This document shows, piece after piece, positions 1-10,904 of a DNA stretch of 64,000 nt. Numbering within the stretch: the stretch's first letter is position 1; every line of letters begins with the position of its first letter. Source of the DNA: Haliotis rufescens (taxonomy: Eukaryota); contig NW_025963879.1 of the NCBI RefSeq assembly GCF_023055435.1, positions 22,816,001 to 22,880,000 of the forward strand. Reading direction: 5' to 3'. The notes below the pieces were generated by a model. The model made no database searches and had not been told where the DNA came from. It was given only the letters and a program-made list of their open reading frames with translations. A program made the position numbers and the translations under genes.

Positions 1-2157
1 TAACATATGTATACTGTCATAGACCACGGAGTACCCTAGTAACCTGATCAGGACGATAACATATGTATACTGACATAGACCACGGAGTACCCTAGTAACC
101 TGATCAGGACGATAACATATGTATACTGTCATAGACCACGGAGTACTCTAGTAACTTGATCAGGACGATAACATATGTATACTGTCATAGACCACGGAGT
201 ACCCTAGTAACCTGATCAGGACGATAACATATGTATACTGACATAGACCACGGAGTACCCTAGTAACCTGATCAGGACGATAACATATGTATACTGTCAT
301 AGACCACGGAGTACTCTAGTAACTTGATCAGGACGATAACATATGTATACTGTCATAGACCACGGAGTACCCTAGTAACCTGATCAGGACGATAACATAT
401 GTATACTGACATAGACCACGGAGTACCCTAGTAACCTGATCAGGACGATAACATATGTATACTGACATAGACCACGGAGTACTCTAGTAACCTGATCAGG
501 ACGATAACATATGTATACTGACATAGACCACGGAGTACTCTAGTAACCTGATCAGGACGATAACATATGTATACTGACATAGACCACGGAGTACCCTAGT
601 AACCTGATCAGGACAATAACACATGTATACTGACATAGACCACGGAGTACTTTAGTAACCTGATCAGGACAATAACACATGTATACTGTCATAGACCACG
701 GAGTACCCTAGTAACCTGATCAGGACAATAACACATGTATACTGACATAGACCACGGAGTACCCTAGTAACCTGATCAGGACAATAACACATGTATACTG
801 ACATAGACCACGGAGTACTTTAGTAACCTGATCAGGACAATAACACATGTATACTGTCATAGACCACGGAGTACCCTAGTAACCTGATCAGGACAATAAC
901 ACATGTATACTGTCATACACCACGGAGTACTCTAGTAACCTGATCAGGACAATAACACATGTATACTGTCATAGACCACGGAGTACTCTAGTAACCTGAT
1001 CAGGACAATAACACATGTATACTGTCATAGACCACGGAGTACTCTAGTAACCTGATCAGGACAATAACACATGTATACTGTCATAGACCACGGAGTACCC
1101 TAGTAACCTGATCAGGACAATAACACATGTATACTGACATAGACCACGGAGTACCCTAGTAACCTGATCAGGACAATAACACATGTATACTGTCATAGAC
1201 CACGGAGTACTCTAGTAACCTGATCAGGACAATAACACATGTATACTGTCATAGACCACGGAGTACTTTAGTATCCCGATCAGGACAATAACACATGTAT
1301 ACTGTCATAGACCACGGAGTACCCTAGTAACCTGATCAGGACGATAACACATGTATACTGTCATAGACCACGGAGTACTCTAGTAACCTGACCAGGACAA
1401 TAACACATGTATACTGTCATAGACCACGGAGTACTCTAGTAACCTGACCAGGACAATAACACATGTATACTGTCATAGACCACGGAGTACTCTAGTAACC
1501 TGATCAGGACGATAACATATGTATACTGTCATAGACCACGGAGTACTCTAGTAACCTGACCAGGACAATAACACATGTATACTGTCATAGACCACGGAGT
1601 ACTCTAGTAACCTGATCAGGACAATAACACATGTATACTGTCATAGACCACGGAGTACTTTAGTATCCCGATCAGGACAATAACACATGTATACTGTCAT
1701 AGACCACGGAGTACCCTAGTAACCTGATCAGGACGATAACATATGTATACTGTCATAGACAAGGGAGTACTCTAGTACCCTGATCAGGACGATAACACAT
1801 GTATACTGTCATAGACCACGGAGTACTCTAGTACCCTGATCAGGACAATAACACATGTATACTGTCATAGACCACGGAGTACTCTAGTAACCTGATCAGG
1901 CCAATAACACATGTATACTGTCATAGACCACGGAGTACTTTAGTATCCCGATCAGGACAATAACACATGTATACTGTCATAGACCACGGAGTACCCTAGT
2001 AACCTGATCAGGACGATAACATATGTATACTGTCATAGACAAGGGAGTACTCTAGTACCCTGATCAGGACGATAACACATGTATACTGTCATAGACCACG
2101 GAGTACTCTAGTACCCTGATCAGGACGATAACACATGTATACTGTCATAGACCACGC
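1..2157. repeat. 56-bp tandem minisatellite, about 38 copies, truncated by the window start
   Basis: Unit taacatatgtatactgtcatagaccacggagtaccctagtaacctgatcaggacga recurs every 56 nt (1, 57, ...). Variants are gataacatat vs aataacacat and taccc/tactc/tactt. Confidence 0.97.
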
Positions 2158-3540
2158 AGTCTATATATATTACAGTATACATGTGATATTATATATATAC
2201 GTCATATTGTAACCGTGATTATTTCTTCGAGCTTTCTCACCCTTCACAGATGTTCTTTGGCGACCTAATTGGTTTAATGATGAAGCAGTGGCATGTGTAT
2301 TGACCATGCGCCTGCGATGAGAGTTTCTATCCAACATGATTGATGCTGGTTCTATATTAGAATCGCGTGTCTTCGACAGTTTCTGTGAATAATATTGGGA
2401 GTGGTGTCGTATCGCTTACCAAATATGATATGCTTTTTACCGAAGCCTTCATTAACAAAGCTTTTTTACCCGAGACAAATAATAGGTTTGCGTTCCCTTG
2501 TCAATACAACAGGCAGTGATATAGTAATACGTCGCTGTTTATACTTTAAAAAATTTATGAGCAAAGAGCTTCTATCAGACTTTTTATAATTAATATTTTA
2601 ATTAATTAATTTCCTTCAAGAAGATTTAAGATATTGTGTTTGAACAAATATTACATTGATATTTCCGTGAATTATGACAGGTGTGGCTATCATAATTAAT
2701 ATATATATATCATCAGGTGATTACATAACATTGTTTTTATGTGTACGTACGGCAGTGTAATACTGTACTTGTACCATACGTGTATAGTTGTATAGGTTAT
2801 TGTATTGAATTATCGGTGTATGACGTCTCAAGAAACATAGTTAAAATGTGAAATGCAAGATTGAAATAATTTTCAATGAGAATATTTGCCAGTGTGCCTA
2901 TAAGATATATTTTAAAAACAAATAATTCATATATTGTTAATTGGACTAGAAAGAGAACTACGGTTATAACGAACTCAAAGGGACCACTAGTTTTAGTTCA
3001 TTATAAACGTAGTTCGTTATAAACATATACAGCATATATTCCACATTAATAACAATGCTGAGTGTCGCGTTAATTAGAATCCACTCACTAACTCACTATT
3101 TGAAGTCGGATACGGAAAAGTATATATGTGGTGAAGCTGATTCTATCCCCGGTCGGAGGTTCACACATTTATTAAAACTGAAATATGGCCTAAAATGTAA
3201 CTAAACGGTCCCTTGGAATTTGTAACATTAGAGGTTGACTGACAATAATTCAAATTGTTCTTAAAAAGACAACATATCAGAAAAGAACTTTTGATTCTTT
3301 AATCTCGAGCACAACGTACATAATGAAACTGAAGGTAACTAATGTTTATGTTTTCTGCATGACCCTGAATGGTTGTGCTTGCAATGTTATTAAAGTGCTC
3401 ATTGTCACGCTGTGTTTCCATAATGGTAGATATATTCTATAACGCTGAGTAGGTCCATAACAGTGGATGACATACTTGTTTTTGCAGTTATATTTACCCT
3501 CATCCTATCCTGCAAGGACGTCATTATTATTGCAACGAAT

Positions 3541-5103
3541 TCACTCTTTCTTGGGCTTTACGACCTGTTTCTTTCTGAAGAAACCAGGAAGACTCAATCT
3601 CACTAACAACATTACACCTTTCAAAAGCAACACAATAATTAAGGACACAAAGATGAAGACGTCTAAACACAGAAACTTGTACCACGGAAGCTTCATGCCT
3701 TCAGAACGGAAGTGAGCGTCGCCATATTTGATCACGTGATCAATCCAGTAGGCAGCTTCCTGACCGGGGGTCCACGGTCGGTCGTTCAGGATATTGGCTG
3801 CTCTGCTGACGTTGCCTTTGTAGGAAGGCGTTTCAATCACATATTTTATTTTGTCAGCTATCTCCTCGGGTGTGATTTCCAGGAAGTCAACGAATATTCC
3901 ATATCCTTTTCGCTGAAGACGATTAGCGTTATAGTACTGATCAGTGTGTATCTGTATTCCAACCATAGGGACACCGTTAGCAACAGCCTCATTCTGATCA
4001 CTTGCATCAATGTTTGTAATGAATAGTTTGGTTTGAGGGTTGGCTAACAGATCGTTCTGAGGAATCCAAGAGGATGTTAAAAATTTATGTTTGTCAGGTG
4101 AAGTAACGTTTAATCGTATCACATATGAATAAGGAGTTTTCAAAAGACCGGTAAAGAGCTTTTGAACAAGCGGCTGCTCTAGATTCACAAAGCTTCCAAA
4201 CGAAACAACAACAACACCATTAGTTGATCTATTATAAAACTGTTTAAACTGCCTTGCTAAAGGTTGTGCCTTTCGGAGAGAGAGATCGCCAATGTACTTG
4301 ACATTTGGCATGCTAGGTCGAGGATAGTCCAACAAAACATCATGTTGAATTAGCCATAGCTTTGCTTCACTCATGACGCTGCCCGGAGTAACGGCGTTAC
4401 CGTCGGGGCCTTTAAAGTTGTCTCTGTCGTCGCCAAAGAAAAGGTCCTTGTCGAAAATCAGACTCATATACATCAATGTGTTCTGCACACGCTGAAAGAA
4501 ATCCATCCTGTCTGTGAATTCGGATCCAGTTATTGGTGTATGTGATGGGTTGACAGGGAGGCCGGATCTCCAAGGGTCGATGTCTGTGCTGAGGAAACAG
4601 AAAGGGATGCCAAGATGGTATGGAATCAGATGCAGTTCCATTCCTCTCATGGTTCCCCCGACCAGCACCAGGTCAAAATGTTGCCTTTTCACGACCTGAA
4701 GGAACTCGTCATCCTTCATAATTTTGAAATTTATTTCTCGCAACTGTTCATGAACCGGCTGAATAATACTCTCAACAGTGTGCAAGAATTTCTCAAGTAT
4801 AGTTTTGTTAGTAAGACTTTTTTCATTGACTTTACGTAGTGTCTCTCCTACATCTTCATCACCAAGTTTTTCTAATTGAATTAGGTTGTACTTTTTGTCC
4901 TGGAGTACACCAAGTGACTTGAGATATTTGGGGTAGGCTGTCCATAGTTCATGGCCATATTTGTGGAGATCGTCAGTCAACCATTGCCCAAGCTTAACAT
5001 GGCTGTATAACGGGAAAGGGAGATAGAGGATCTTTGCCCCATTACACGTCGATAATGAGCACAGCTGCACTGCCAGGAGTAAGCATAACAAGGTGATGTC
5101 CAT
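3541..5103 (-). CDS. UDP-glucuronosyl/UDP-glycosyltransferase family protein (animal membrane-bound UGT), 520 aa, intronless CDS
   Basis: Signal peptide (MDITLLCLLLAVQLCSLSTCNG-AKIL), SH catalytic His, VVVSFGS, UGT signature WIPQNDLL...GVPMVGIQIHTDQ, YWIDHV, C-terminal TM helix and KPKKE tail. The ORF-track start at 5118 is TTG within a splice acceptor (ttattgtcag-like, AG at 5113/5112); the first ATG is at 5103. Confidence 0.93.
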   Translation of the reverse strand: MDITLLCLLLAVQLCSLSTCNGAKILYLPFPLYSHVKLGQWLTDDLHKYGHELWTAYPKYLKSLGVLQDKKYNLIQLEKLGDEDVGETLRKVNEKSLTNKTILEKFLHTVESIIQPVHEQLREINFKIMKDDEFLQVVKRQHFDLVLVGGTMRGMELHLIPYHLGIPFCFLSTDIDPWRSGLPVNPSHTPITGSEFTDRMDFFQRVQNTLMYMSLIFDKDLFFGDDRDNFKGPDGNAVTPGSVMSEAKLWLIQHDVLLDYPRPSMPNVKYIGDLSLRKAQPLARQFKQFYNRSTNGVVVVSFGSFVNLEQPLVQKLFTGLLKTPYSYVIRLNVTSPDKHKFLTSSWIPQNDLLANPQTKLFITNIDASDQNEAVANGVPMVGIQIHTDQYYNANRLQRKGYGIFVDFLEITPEEIADKIKYVIETPSYKGNVSRAANILNDRPWTPGQEAAYWIDHVIKYGDAHFRSEGMKLPWYKFLCLDVFIFVSLIIVLLLKGVMLLVRLSLPGFFRKKQVVKPKKE

Positions 5104-5556
5104 TGTTATCCCTGACAATATAAAGAAAATGTTATATAAATGTATATAATATCTTTTTAAAAATAATTGTGTATTTTAAACGCATTAAATAATTTCGGAA
5201 CTTAACTGCAGAGCCAAGAGAAAGGATAACAGGTGTAGATTAAAAGAAACTGTTTGAATGTGTTCTACAACTATTGAGAAAACATTTCAGCTAATATACA
5301 GAAGTCAAACAATAGTAAGCATACATAGAGAACAGGCAAAGGAAACAAGAAAATCGCTACGCCACGGCATGTATTTCACCTTAACCATCATTTGAAGATC
5401 TTTGAACAGCATTATGATAAATTCACAGACGGTATGTTGTGCATTACACGGTAACGATCACAGTACATGTTCATTGCCAAAGATGGTAAACACATACATG
5501 TTTGCTCGATTTTGGAAGAAAAGAGTGGAAATATAGTCCATGTATCCGGGTTTGGA

Positions 5557-5558
<2 letters not shown>

Positions 5559-5598
<40 letters not shown>
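5559..5598. repeat. (CA)n microsatellite
   Basis: About 20 uninterrupted CA units. Confidence 0.95.
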
Positions 5599-5600
<2 letters not shown>

Positions 5601-6299
5601 CGCTACAGCAGTCTGCCTCACACGAACGACACACCCTCACCCCACGCTACAACAAAACACTGCCTCCCAACACAACTTACCTTTGAAGCAAGGACGATAC
5701 TTTTGAAGCACTGTCACTGACAGCTTTCACTGACTGTAGTCAATATGAGATACCGCAGTCCGCTTCTATTTAACAATAGGCGTCTTATTGTCATTTGAAT
5801 ATGTCATGGTGAAACAGGCGCATGTAGCACTTTCAATATTGTCTGTAGCCAGATACATGCGGTCATCACAGTAAAAAAAAGCATCGTTTATTAACTGTGT
5901 GCTAATGAAACATGTTTCAAATAAAGTGAATGGTTGCCGTTGATATCAATAAGTACATCTTGGTTACAATTTTAATGACACTCTCACTACTCTCAGTAGG
6001 TTATAATGAACATTGTGAACTAGCTAGTTAATTAAGGGACGTATTATGACGATGGGAAAATTGCAAACCTGATAATTGTAATAAATGTGTTGCCTTTCAA
6101 AATAGACCTTACTGTTATTTGCATCCAGTTAACAAAGGACGTTACGTTTGGTGTTGCCATCGTATTGAGCATCATGGAAGTCGAAAATGGTCTTTATTAA
6201 CAATTGTAATTATGAAAATAATAAATGTCTTTCAATGTCACATATAATTATTTATTACCCGCACAAGAGAAAAGTAAATATTCAAATCCCCATTCTCAA

Positions 6300-6872
6300 C
6301 TACCCGGAGAGTGTGTAGGGATAAGACTTGTATTCTTAGCTCCTGGGATAATGCGTAGGGATATAATTTGCATTTTCAGTAACCTGGAGGTTATGTAGAG
6401 ACAATATCTCAGCACCGTGCCCTGGACAGTGTGTGGGGATTAGATTTGTATTCTCAGTGCCCTGGAGATTGTGTAGGGATAAGATTTGCAATTTCAGCTC
6501 CCTGGAGATTGTGTTGGGGTCAGATTTGCATTTTCAGTGCCCTGGAGTGTGTGTAGTGATAAGATTTGCAATTTCAGCTCCCTGGAGATTGTGTTGGGGT
6601 CAGATTTGTATTTTCAGTGCCCTGGAGTGTGTGTAGTGATAAGATTTGCAATTTCAGCTCCCTGGAGATTGTGTTGGGGTCAGATTTGCATTTTCAGTGC
6701 CCTGGAGTGTGTGTAGTGATAAGATTTGCAATTTCAGCTCCCTGGAGATTGTGTTGGGGTCAGATTTGCATTTTCAGTGCCCTGGAGTGTGTGTAGTGAT
6801 ACGATTTGCAATTTCAGCTCCCTGGAGATTGTGTTGGGGTCAGATTTGCAATTTCAGCTCCCTGGACAGTGT
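6300..6872. repeat. Dimeric minisatellite: 80-bp unit made of two diverged 40-bp monomers
   Basis: Alternating gataagatttgcaatttcagctccctggagattgtgttggg and gtcagatttgcattttcagtgccctggagtgtgtgtagt; degenerate at the left edge. Confidence 0.9.
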
Positions 6873-7774
6873 GCAGGAATTTGTCTGTTGTGAAAATGTT
6901 TCTCACTATTCCACCCATAGGCCATCAAACAAATTATATCAAATACACTCGCACACGGCAATGTCAACATTTTGAGAAAGTTCACCTCTTTACAAGTGAG
7001 TGGTTCCTCAACCAGAACGAAGTTGGTTTTAAAGGCGTGAAGCTTAAACTCTAGCAACATCAAAGATCACCTGAAGTGAAAGTTACAATTGGTTTCTCTT
7101 GTCCGTCAGTGTAATGTATCAACTGTTTGCCTATTACTGTGTGTATGGTTATTGGAAATGATATAATGTGTTTTGGGAGTGTGAATATGTTTTACCCTCC
7201 TTCGTAATTATACTCATGGATTCATGGTGTCATTTTGTGTACACGAGACAAGGAACAATGCTTCTTAAACAGGCTCAGAGAATTCAAACTTCATAATCTT
7301 TCCAACCTTGGTAAAATATGCAGAGGCGAGGTACAAAATCTTGAACCTTTGTTTCCACAGTCAAGTATTGATAGCTATAACTGTATTAACAACCGGTTCA
7401 TTCTGAACGTCCCGGATGCCTATAAGGATATTCCTACAACGCGGAAGTTCGGAAGTGTAGTTATCTCATTGCTTGAAAACATATATATATGGTCTTTTAT
7501 TCCCGAAAACCTTTATAAATCATATATATTATTTTAGATATAAAACATATGTTTAGCTTTGTTGCAATATAGTACATAGTAAATATACCGCAAAGGTAAT
7601 TTTAGATGTATATCTTACATATTATATAAATCTACAGATGGTACTCGAGTGTTCAAAATTGGCACACATTATTGTCATTAACCCAGGTTCCATATGGCTC
7701 ATATGGAACAGTAGACTTTCAAGGTGAAGGTCATCTGTTCTCAATATCCTGTATAGCCACCATCAGAATCCAAA

Positions 7775-8530
7775 ACTTGGAAGCAATCAGATCCCGAATT
7801 GTGGCCTGGTGACTGTTCACCCACTCTGCCTGCAGTGTTTGTGCCAACAGTCGGAGCTTCTGTGGTAGTAAACGTTGCTGACGTGCTCGTAGTCGTTGAT
7901 CCAGTGCATCCCATAAATGTTGATTGGGTTTAAATCTGAAGACCTGGAAGGCCATGGCTGGACATGGATGTTCTGATTCCTGAGAAATCCTCTTGTCATT
8001 CTTGTCGTGTGATGTCGTTCGCTCGTTGCATAATGGGGAGGACGTACGACCGAAGAATCTCATCCGTGTAACGTTGTGCCGTTAAATTCCCCAGAGCTTG
8101 CACCAAGTCTGTTCTACCAGTGTAGGAGATGGCTGCCCACATCATCGCACTACCACTACCAAATCGGTTCACTTCCTGAATGCAGTTCCGTGCATAGCGT
8201 TCCACACGTTGCCTGTAAGCACGTCTACTGTCCGCAAGGCGACGCATAAAACGACACTGAATAAACTTGTAACCATCGCAGTTGTGGCCATACTCTGTGA
8301 CCTTGACACCACTGACGTCGCAGCCCACGATGCAGGTTCGTCAAAGGACACCTCGAAATGGTCGTCGAGTGCGAATACCTTCAGCGCTTAAACGTTTCCT
8401 CACTGTCTGGGCTGACATCCTACGCAATCCTGGTATTGCCGTAGTTGTGGAGGTGGCCGCGGTGGTAACGAAAGTGACGTAGCCGTATGAATCTATCCTG
8501 AGCGGTTGTATATTTTCGATGTTTCCATCT
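7775..8530 (-). pseudogene. Degenerate Tc1/mariner transposase fossil
   Basis: Frameshifted pieces TTAQDRFIRLRH, RRAYRQRVERYARNCIQEVNRFGSGSAMMWAAISYTGRTDL...LTAQRYTDEIL, WPSRSSDLNPI and HLWDALDQRLR are typical Tc1 HTH/DDE segments. Confidence 0.88.
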
Positions 8531-9914
8531 TTTCACCAAATGTCTTATATACCTCATTTTTACAAAAATCAATCCTAATCCATGCAAAAATGACCAGTTC
8601 ATATTTGGTATTAATTTTGCATGGATGTCGGCATCACTGTCTGACATTTACGAATTTACTACTTTTATTTTTTAGAGAGTATAGTAAGTAACATATACCA
8701 TATACATAGATGATATAATAATGTTGTTGGATGTTTTTTTCAAAGCAATGATATGACATCAAATATAAAACCAGAATATGGGGTTCACTATTTACAATCG
8801 TTTTTGAGATTTTCACCGCTTAGTAAAGTCCAACTCCGCAAGTGATGTATGATTATTACTCCTGATCAATAGATCAGTGTTGCTCGAGTTTCATTCTCAG
8901 CTCCCTGGGGAGTATTCGGTCGAAGTTGCCTGTGGGGCGTCAGTTATCAGTCACATTTTCATTTCATACTTCGAATAAAGTCACTTTCCTAAGGACAAAC
9001 ATGAGCTTCGGTGTGGGGCGGAGCCCAAGAATCTCTCAGGAGTCAAGCTGCCGAACACGGCCACCCATCCACCTACTCTCCGCGACCGACGTGCTTAACT
9101 TCGCCTGACGTGTGACCTGTGCGTTGTACACGTGTGCCACCAAAGTGATTCCTTGATAGAAGACGTCATCTTCAGCCTTGAAATGTACAAGTACATCAGG
9201 TACAGATTTGAGATGCAGAGCTGAGTTTACTTGCGCCTGTGTGGTTGAATGGCTGTTTCGTAACTTGTCAGTTAGTAGCGACTGAACATGGTTTCAAATC
9301 CCGGATTTGATCCCTTATATTCAAATAGTAATTATTGATCTGCTCCATACATGCCACTCGCTCACTCACTCGCTCCTGTAAAATAAGCGAGGGCAGATAA
9401 GAAAATAAGGAATATTTTACACTGCGACAGAAATAATGGACGAAGCGCACGTAAAATAAGAAGTCGGTACTAATCAGTGTCCAATGCAGACACGAATAAG
9501 CTGAAACGTCGTCTTTGAATTATTAAAATTAAACCAAAGATTTTTTAACAAAACAAAGACCAAGCCGAACATGTAAAAATTATCTATTGGTACTTGCACC
9601 TTACTACAGACAAGTGAGCGAGAAAACATTGACAGAAATCATATTACCATCGCTGCTTTTAACAATATGCTTTTTTCACGACGTATCAGCTTTATGTGGG
9701 AGGAAATCCTGAAGTGATTAATTTGATAGTCGTTTACTACCACGAAGAAACCCACAAACACGGTCTGATGCTGACAAACCCAGAAACAACTGGGATTCGA
9801 ACCTATTATCGTGGACGTTTGGCACGCCTTCGAAGCTCAGATCTGTGCAACGTATTAGACAGCTTGGCAACTCGTGGTCCGATATAACTACATACGCCTG
9901 AGCGTAATGTTACC

Positions 9915-10565
9915 ACTACACATTAGCTATAAATACAGGCAGTACTGATATCACTACAGACACATTAGCTATAAATACAGGCAGTACTTATATCACTACA
10001 GACACATTAGCTATAAATACAGGCAGTACTTATATCACTACAGACACATTAGCTATAAATACAGGCAGTACTGATATCACTACAGTAAGTTGGGTTGAGT
10101 TCAACGCCGTTTCTTATAGTATTCCAGTTATATAAAGACATGCAAGACTGATATCACTGAAGACACATGAGCTATAAAGACATGCAGTGCTGATATCACT
10201 GCAGACACATGAGTTGTAAAAACATGCAGTATTGATATCACTACAGGCACATGAGCTATAAATACATACAATACTGATATCACTGAAGAAACATGAGCTA
10301 TAAAGACATGCAGTACTGATATCACTGCAGACACATGAGCTATAAAGACATACAGCATTGATATCATTGCAGACACATGAGTTATAAAGACATACAGTAC
10401 TGATATCACTGCAGACACGAGCTATAAATATATACAGTATTGATATCACTGCAGACACCTGAGTTATAAAAAAACATGCAGTATTGACATCACTACAGGC
10501 AAATGAGCTATAAATACATACAGTACTGATATCACTACAGGCACATGGGCAATACATACAAGCAG
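9915..10565. repeat. 42-bp tandem repeat upstream of HEATR3, about 14 copies, interrupted near 10085-10125
   Basis: Unit gctataaatacaggcagtactgatatcactacagacacatta at 9926, 9968, and onward. Confidence 0.9.
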
Positions 10566-10696
10566 TAGTGATATTGTCAAACAAATTAGTGAAAAAAGAC
10601 ATCACTATCAAAAAGACTATTTGCGTGCCGAAAGAGATATTGTAAAAGTTAATTTTAGAAATTGAATTGACTGGTAATTCTTTTCGCATGGCTATC

Positions 10697-10814
10697 TGCG
10701 CATGCAAACAGCGTAACCAGATTAAAACTGGAAGGAAGTCTAGTACTAAACTGCGGCTTGTTTACGGAAGTCCCGCTTTACATGACGGTCCTTTTACGTC
10801 GGGAAGATGGCGGC
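10697..10814 (+). promoter_or_regulatory. Probable housekeeping-type promoter/TSS region of HEATR3 with NRF1-, ETS- and YY1-like motifs
   Basis: tgcgcatgca (10697), cggaagt (10765) and aagatggcggc (10804) lie in a CpG-richer patch 90-210 nt before the ATG. Motif match only. Confidence 0.5.
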
Positions 10815-10904
10815 GACCAGCTGTCCATGTGGTTGTTTATAAACATGAAATGACACTTGGACATTTTCTCAACCCTGTCATGCAAATTTCTGATCATATT
10901 GAAA

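Noticed and set aside
1-2157. CRISPR-like regular array (also 58630-60870)
   Set aside because: Head-to-tail repeats without unique spacers, no cas genes, and eukaryotic context.
10114-10707. 197-aa Cys-rich ORF
   Set aside because: Translation of the 42-bp tandem repeat.
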